From Verrucomicrobiota bacterium (GTDB lineage Bacteria > Verrucomicrobiota > Verrucomicrobiia > Opitutales > Cerasicoccaceae): 64,000 bases of DNA. The translations under genes and the position numbers were made by a program. How positions within the stretch are numbered: position 1 is the first letter of the stretch; each line of letters begins with the position of its first letter. The notes under the pieces were generated by a model. It saw only the letters and a list, made by a program, of their open reading frames with translations. It was not told the origin of the DNA and searched no databases. Shown piece after piece: positions 60,507-64,000 of this stretch. Location of the stretch: assembly GCA_039818205.1 (NCBI GenBank), contig JBCBUK010000002.1, positions 513,863 to 577,862 on the forward strand, written 5' to 3'.

Positions 60507-62654
60507 CTATCGTTTTCGCCAAAAGCTGACTTCTACTTGATTGTGCTCATAGCAACGAGCGTTGCGTCGAATGACTTGCGGAATGTGCAGCGATTCGCCG
60601 CTGTTGGTGAAGTGCTCCTCTAGAGCGATTGCAAGCCCATCAAGGGTCGTTTGGTTTTCTCCGGTGCGGTCTTTGAATCCCCCAAGCCAATTCTCTTTTC
60701 GGGTATGTTCTTCCCGCCAGTCGTTTGTCGAAGCGACGACAAGCAGTCCTCCTTCGTTCAAGCGCTCATGCACGGTTTTGAGGAATTTTGCGGGATCGTA
60801 AGAACGCTCTAAGAGGCAGTTGATTAGGATTAGATCATATCCACTGTAGAGTTCCTTCATGTTGGAGAGGTCCGCTTGCATGAACTCGACTTTGCTTCGA
60901 GCGTTGTCGAGTCCGATGTCTTTCAAATGAGCCTGACGGAAGTCGACGATGTCTCCTTCGGAAGGTATTTCCCACTGGGTATAGCCTTTGTCAATCATCT
61001 CGACACCAATGCGGATGGTTCGCGCGGTTGGGTCGAGGCCGAGAACCGTCTCAAAACCAGCCGCGAGTTCGAATGAAGTTCGACCAACTTTACATCCGAT
61101 TTCCAGCGCGGATCCACGAGTCGATTTCGCCATGCGATCTAAACAGATTTGCGCGATGCGTTCCGAATAGTTTTCGACGTTGAGCGCCTCAGGGCCGTAG
61201 TGCGATTCGCAATAGGGCGTAACAAAGGGGTCGGTCTCGTAGCGGTCGTCTTTGATTGCAACTTCGAATCCGCTTTCGATGTAGCGAAAACCGGCATGCT
61301 GGTAAAAGTGACGACGGAATGCGTAGCGGCTATCTCGAGTGGTTTCGTTTCCAGTTGAGATCCAAGAGCCTCCTTTGATTAGGTTATGCTTGGTATCGAA
61401 TGTGGGCGTTGAGAAATCATCGTAGAGCGGATGAACACCAAAGCCTAGGAAGCCGGCGATTGGTGTCTCCGTGTGTTGCCACACGTTGCCCATGACATCG
61501 AAGAAGCCCTCACCGAACTCGTAGCGATTTACTGGGGTTGAAGATGCGCAAACTTCCAGGTTGATGTTGCCCGGCGCACCATCTGCCCATTGCTCAACAT
61601 CGGGAGTCTTCGTGAAATCGAGTAGGCGATACCACTCTTCTTCACTTGGAAGGCGTATCGACTTGCCGGTTTTTTCGCTCAACCAGTTGCAGTAGGCTTT
61701 CGCCTCAAGATAATTAACCTCAGCGGGCCAAGACCATGGCATGTCCACTTCTTTGAGCATGTTTCGGAGTGCGAAAGATCCGTCTTCGCGCTTACGCCAG
61801 AAACGTGGCATTCCGTGCTTGTCATACTGGGCCCAATGCCAGCCTTCGTCGGTCCAAAATCGTTCAGTATTGTAGCCGTCATCATCGACAAAGGCCTTGA
61901 ACTCCTGGTTGCTAACGAGGAACTTAGATGCCTTGAACGGTGCAACCGATTCTTCGTGCTGCCCGTACTCGTTGTCCCAACCATAGAAAGCGCTAGGCTG
62001 CTGTTTGCCCAGGACGACATCGCCGCCAGTTACTTCGATCAACTCGTTTTTCGGCGGCGTGGAATCTTCTTCGCAAACGTTCCACGATGGATGCTCTCGC
62101 TCGAGGAGGTCCAGTGGGAGTTGACGAATTAGGACGGAGGACGTCTCCAGGTGGATGCGTTCGTGCTCAATGCCCATCATGATGATCCAGTACAGGCTGT
62201 TCCACTGAACGGGTAGTTCGAGCGGTGTTTCGTCAATGAGCTTGTTAATCGTAGCGCGGACCTTGTCACGATACGCCTTCACCACTTGGTGGTCAGGCCA
62301 AACGTAGTGCGCTTCGTTGAGATCGTCCCAGCTCATTTCATCAACGCCGATAGCGCAAAGTGATTCCAAGTGGGGGTCGATGCGTTGCTTCAGGAACTTT
62401 CCGAGAACCAACTTGTTGATAAAAAATACCGCAGTATGGCCGTAATAGAAAATCAGCGGATGGCGGAGCGGATCGGCACGAGTAACGTAGGCCTTCTGGC
62501 CAATCATCGGCTCAAACAGTTTTTCGTAGATATCAAATGTTTGGTGAAAGTAGCGGCGAATCTCCTCGCGCTTTTCCTCTGGCGTTCCCTCAATGAGGTT
62601 AATAGTCAGTGGCGTCTCGATTCCATCGAGCAAGGATTGGCTGGCGGTTGGCAT
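60507..62654 (-). CDS. ovoA: 5-histidylcysteine sulfoxide synthase / methyltransferase (ovothiol biosynthesis)
   Basis: LRHPLIFYYGHTA, IGVDEMSWDD, EHERIHLETSSVLIRQLP iron motif, FGE-sulfatase domain (YGWDNEYG, RYAFRRHFYQHAGFRY) and a C-terminal SAM methyltransferase (EIGCKVGR, WLGG). Confidence 0.94.
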   Translation of the reverse strand: MPTASQSLLDGIETPLTINLIEGTPEEKREEIRRYFHQTFDIYEKLFEPMIGQKAYVTRADPLRHPLIFYYGHTAVFFINKLVLGKFLKQRIDPHLESLCAIGVDEMSWDDLNEAHYVWPDHQVVKAYRDKVRATINKLIDETPLELPVQWNSLYWIIMMGIEHERIHLETSSVLIRQLPLDLLEREHPSWNVCEEDSTPPKNELIEVTGGDVVLGKQQPSAFYGWDNEYGQHEESVAPFKASKFLVSNQEFKAFVDDDGYNTERFWTDEGWHWAQYDKHGMPRFWRKREDGSFALRNMLKEVDMPWSWPAEVNYLEAKAYCNWLSEKTGKSIRLPSEEEWYRLLDFTKTPDVEQWADGAPGNINLEVCASSTPVNRYEFGEGFFDVMGNVWQHTETPIAGFLGFGVHPLYDDFSTPTFDTKHNLIKGGSWISTGNETTRDSRYAFRRHFYQHAGFRYIESGFEVAIKDDRYETDPFVTPYCESHYGPEALNVENYSERIAQICLDRMAKSTRGSALEIGCKVGRTSFELAAGFETVLGLDPTARTIRIGVEMIDKGYTQWEIPSEGDIVDFRQAHLKDIGLDNARSKVEFMQADLSNMKELYSGYDLILINCLLERSYDPAKFLKTVHERLNEGGLLVVASTNDWREEHTRKENWLGGFKDRTGENQTTLDGLAIALEEHFTNSGESLHIPQVIRRNARCYEHNQVEVSFWRKR

Positions 62655-62825
62655 AGTTGGACAGGTTTCGTGGTTTCAGTTATGCGATTGAATATTAGTC
62701 TAGCCAATTATGATTTCCTGACAATCCGGGCGGTAATTTTTTCTGCCGCCAGGAGTGGGATTTTTTCTAAATTTTCCCTTGCCAATGCGCTCTGAATGCT
62801 TTGTTTTCTTCCGCTTTCGTTCTGG

Positions 62826-62901
<76 letters not shown>

Positions 62902-62939
62902 AAAGTATCTTACACTCAGAACGAATTGTGGAGCTGAAT

Positions 62940-62970
62940 CCCGCACCAGTATTGGTCTTGCGGGTTTTTT
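62940..62970 (+). terminator. Putative terminator after tRNA-Lys
   Basis: CCCGCA...TGCGGG followed by T6. Confidence 0.6.
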
Positions 62971-63038
62971 GGTGTGCCCAGCAAAATGATGGTGCCAATT
63001 TGGGTGATTTTTCAAAATTCTTGAAAATTCCAAGATAA

Positions 63039-63056
63039 TGGGCTACTTTGGGCTAC
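63039..63056 (+). repeat. Direct repeat TGGGCTAC x2 (candidate integrase arm-type sites)
   Basis: TGGGCTAC-TT-TGGGCTAC with a 10-bp period, immediately before the integrase ATG. Confidence 0.55.
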
Positions 63057-63059
63057 AGA

Positions 63060-64000
63060 ATGCCGCGAAAAAAGAAGGGAGCTTGTGTTTATCCGGCCCG
63101 AAATCATCCATCGATGAATTGGCAGGTCTCTTTGCGTCTCGCCGATGGCCGACGTATCCGTGAGTACTTCAAGCAACGAACCGATGCGGCGAGCCGTGCT
63201 GAGGAGTTAAATCAGAGGATATTGTTTGAGGGTCTTGAGGGTGTGGTCTTTGGGGCGGAGGCTAGGGCGGAGTATGCCGCGTGTAAGCGTCTCCTTGCTG
63301 AACGCAATGTTTCTTTGTTGGAAGTCGTGAAAGATTGGTTGAAAAGTCACCCTGAAACCGCTCAAAAAGACTTGCTTGAAGCGATCGATGAGTTCTGTGA
63401 ATCAAAACGGAGTGTCAATAGGCGAGAGGTCACGATCGTGAGCTATGAGCGCTGCCTGAAGGAGTTTCGAAGTTTTGCGATGGTCGAGCGCGTTACTGAT
63501 ATCAGTCCTGAGCATTGCCGTGATTACCTTTTGCGGCCTGGTTTGGCTCCTGCCTCGATGCAAAACTACCGAGCATCGCTCAATGGCTTCTTTCGCTATT
63601 GCAAGAAACGCGGGTGGATGTCGTCTGATCCATTAAAATCAATAGATCGACCGACAATAGACGCGAACAATCCGGTTGTTCTATCTCCTGACGAGGTAGC
63701 TCGGTTTATGGCCTCTTGTGCAAGGATCAGTGATGGCCGGATCGTGCGAGCAGTTGCCATTCGTTTATTTGCCGGTCTACGACCTGGTGAACAAGAGGTA
63801 TTAACGGAACGCGACATTCTCAAAGATGGTATTCGTGTCGGGGCAGGCAAGATTCGCGGTCGCCGATCAGTGCGTATTGTTCCGGTTTCAGATATTTTGA
63901 GAGGCTGGCTGGATGCGTTTGAGGATGCTTCGCTCCAACCAACGAACTTCCGCAAGTTGCAGGAGCAAGCGATTGAGCAAGCTGGACTATCGAAGATTTG
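63060..64000 (+). CDS. Tyrosine recombinase/integrase (3'-partial; absent from the ORF track)
   Basis: Manual translation: MPRKKKG..WQVSLRLADGRRIREYFK (arm-binding), core-binding domain (ASMQNYRASLNGFFRYC..RGW), LSPDEV, LFAGLRPGE (catalytic Arg) and GKIRGRRSVRIVP; open to the window end. Confidence 0.92.
   Translation, partial: MPRKKKGACVYPARNHPSMNWQVSLRLADGRRIREYFKQRTDAASRAEELNQRILFEGLEGVVFGAEARAEYAACKRLLAERNVSLLEVVKDWLKSHPETAQKDLLEAIDEFCESKRSVNRREVTIVSYERCLKEFRSFAMVERVTDISPEHCRDYLLRPGLAPASMQNYRASLNGFFRYCKKRGWMSSDPLKSIDRPTIDANNPVVLSPDEVARFMASCARISDGRIVRAVAIRLFAGLRPGEQEVLTERDILKDGIRVGAGKIRGRRSVRIVPVSDILRGWLDAFEDASLQPTNFRKLQEQAIEQAGLSKI

Larger units (their letters stand above)
62902..64000 (+). 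mobile_element. Left end of an integrative element or prophage at tRNA-Lys
   Basis: Integrase starts ~160 bp after the tRNA 3' end, with arm-like repeats in between. Confidence 0.75.

Noticed and set aside
63596..63955. 119-aa minus-strand ORF at the right edge
   Set aside because: Antisense shadow of the plus-strand integrase.

Overview
A 64 kb chromosomal window from a bacterium whose 16S/23S rRNA and gene style suggest Verrucomicrobiota, probably Opitutia (judged by eye, not by database search). Most of it is housekeeping: mscS, galK, hup, ygfZ, DAHP synthase, ispDF, a Y-family polymerase, recJ, a complete rrn operon (16S-tRNA-Ala-tRNA-Ile-23S-5S), pspF/pspABC, a polyprenyl synthase, an ECF sigma operon, hpnH, fcl, an ars operon, an RND pump, ovoA, and tRNA-Leu and tRNA-Lys. 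A tyrosine-integrase element begins at tRNA-Lys and runs off the right edge. The most unusual observations are: (1) an AaeA/HlyD efflux adaptor fused in frame to a BtuF-type substrate-binding domain, with its FUSC partner transcribed divergently; (2) a candidate sigma54-dependent ~85-nt sRNA divergent from a PAS hybrid kinase; (3) a redoxin / Popeye cNMP-binding protein / GluR0-type K+ channel gene string; (4) three paralogous GH57/GH119-like hydrolases clustered with a gluconokinase; (5) an HtrA-like protein lacking all three catalytic residues, whose signal peptide is broken by a T9 tract; (6) a lone integron-type gene cassette with a well-formed attC site abutting the RND operon; (7) five tandem promoter/boxA modules upstream of the rRNA operon. 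No CRISPR array was seen. All family calls come from motif recognition and need HMM confirmation.
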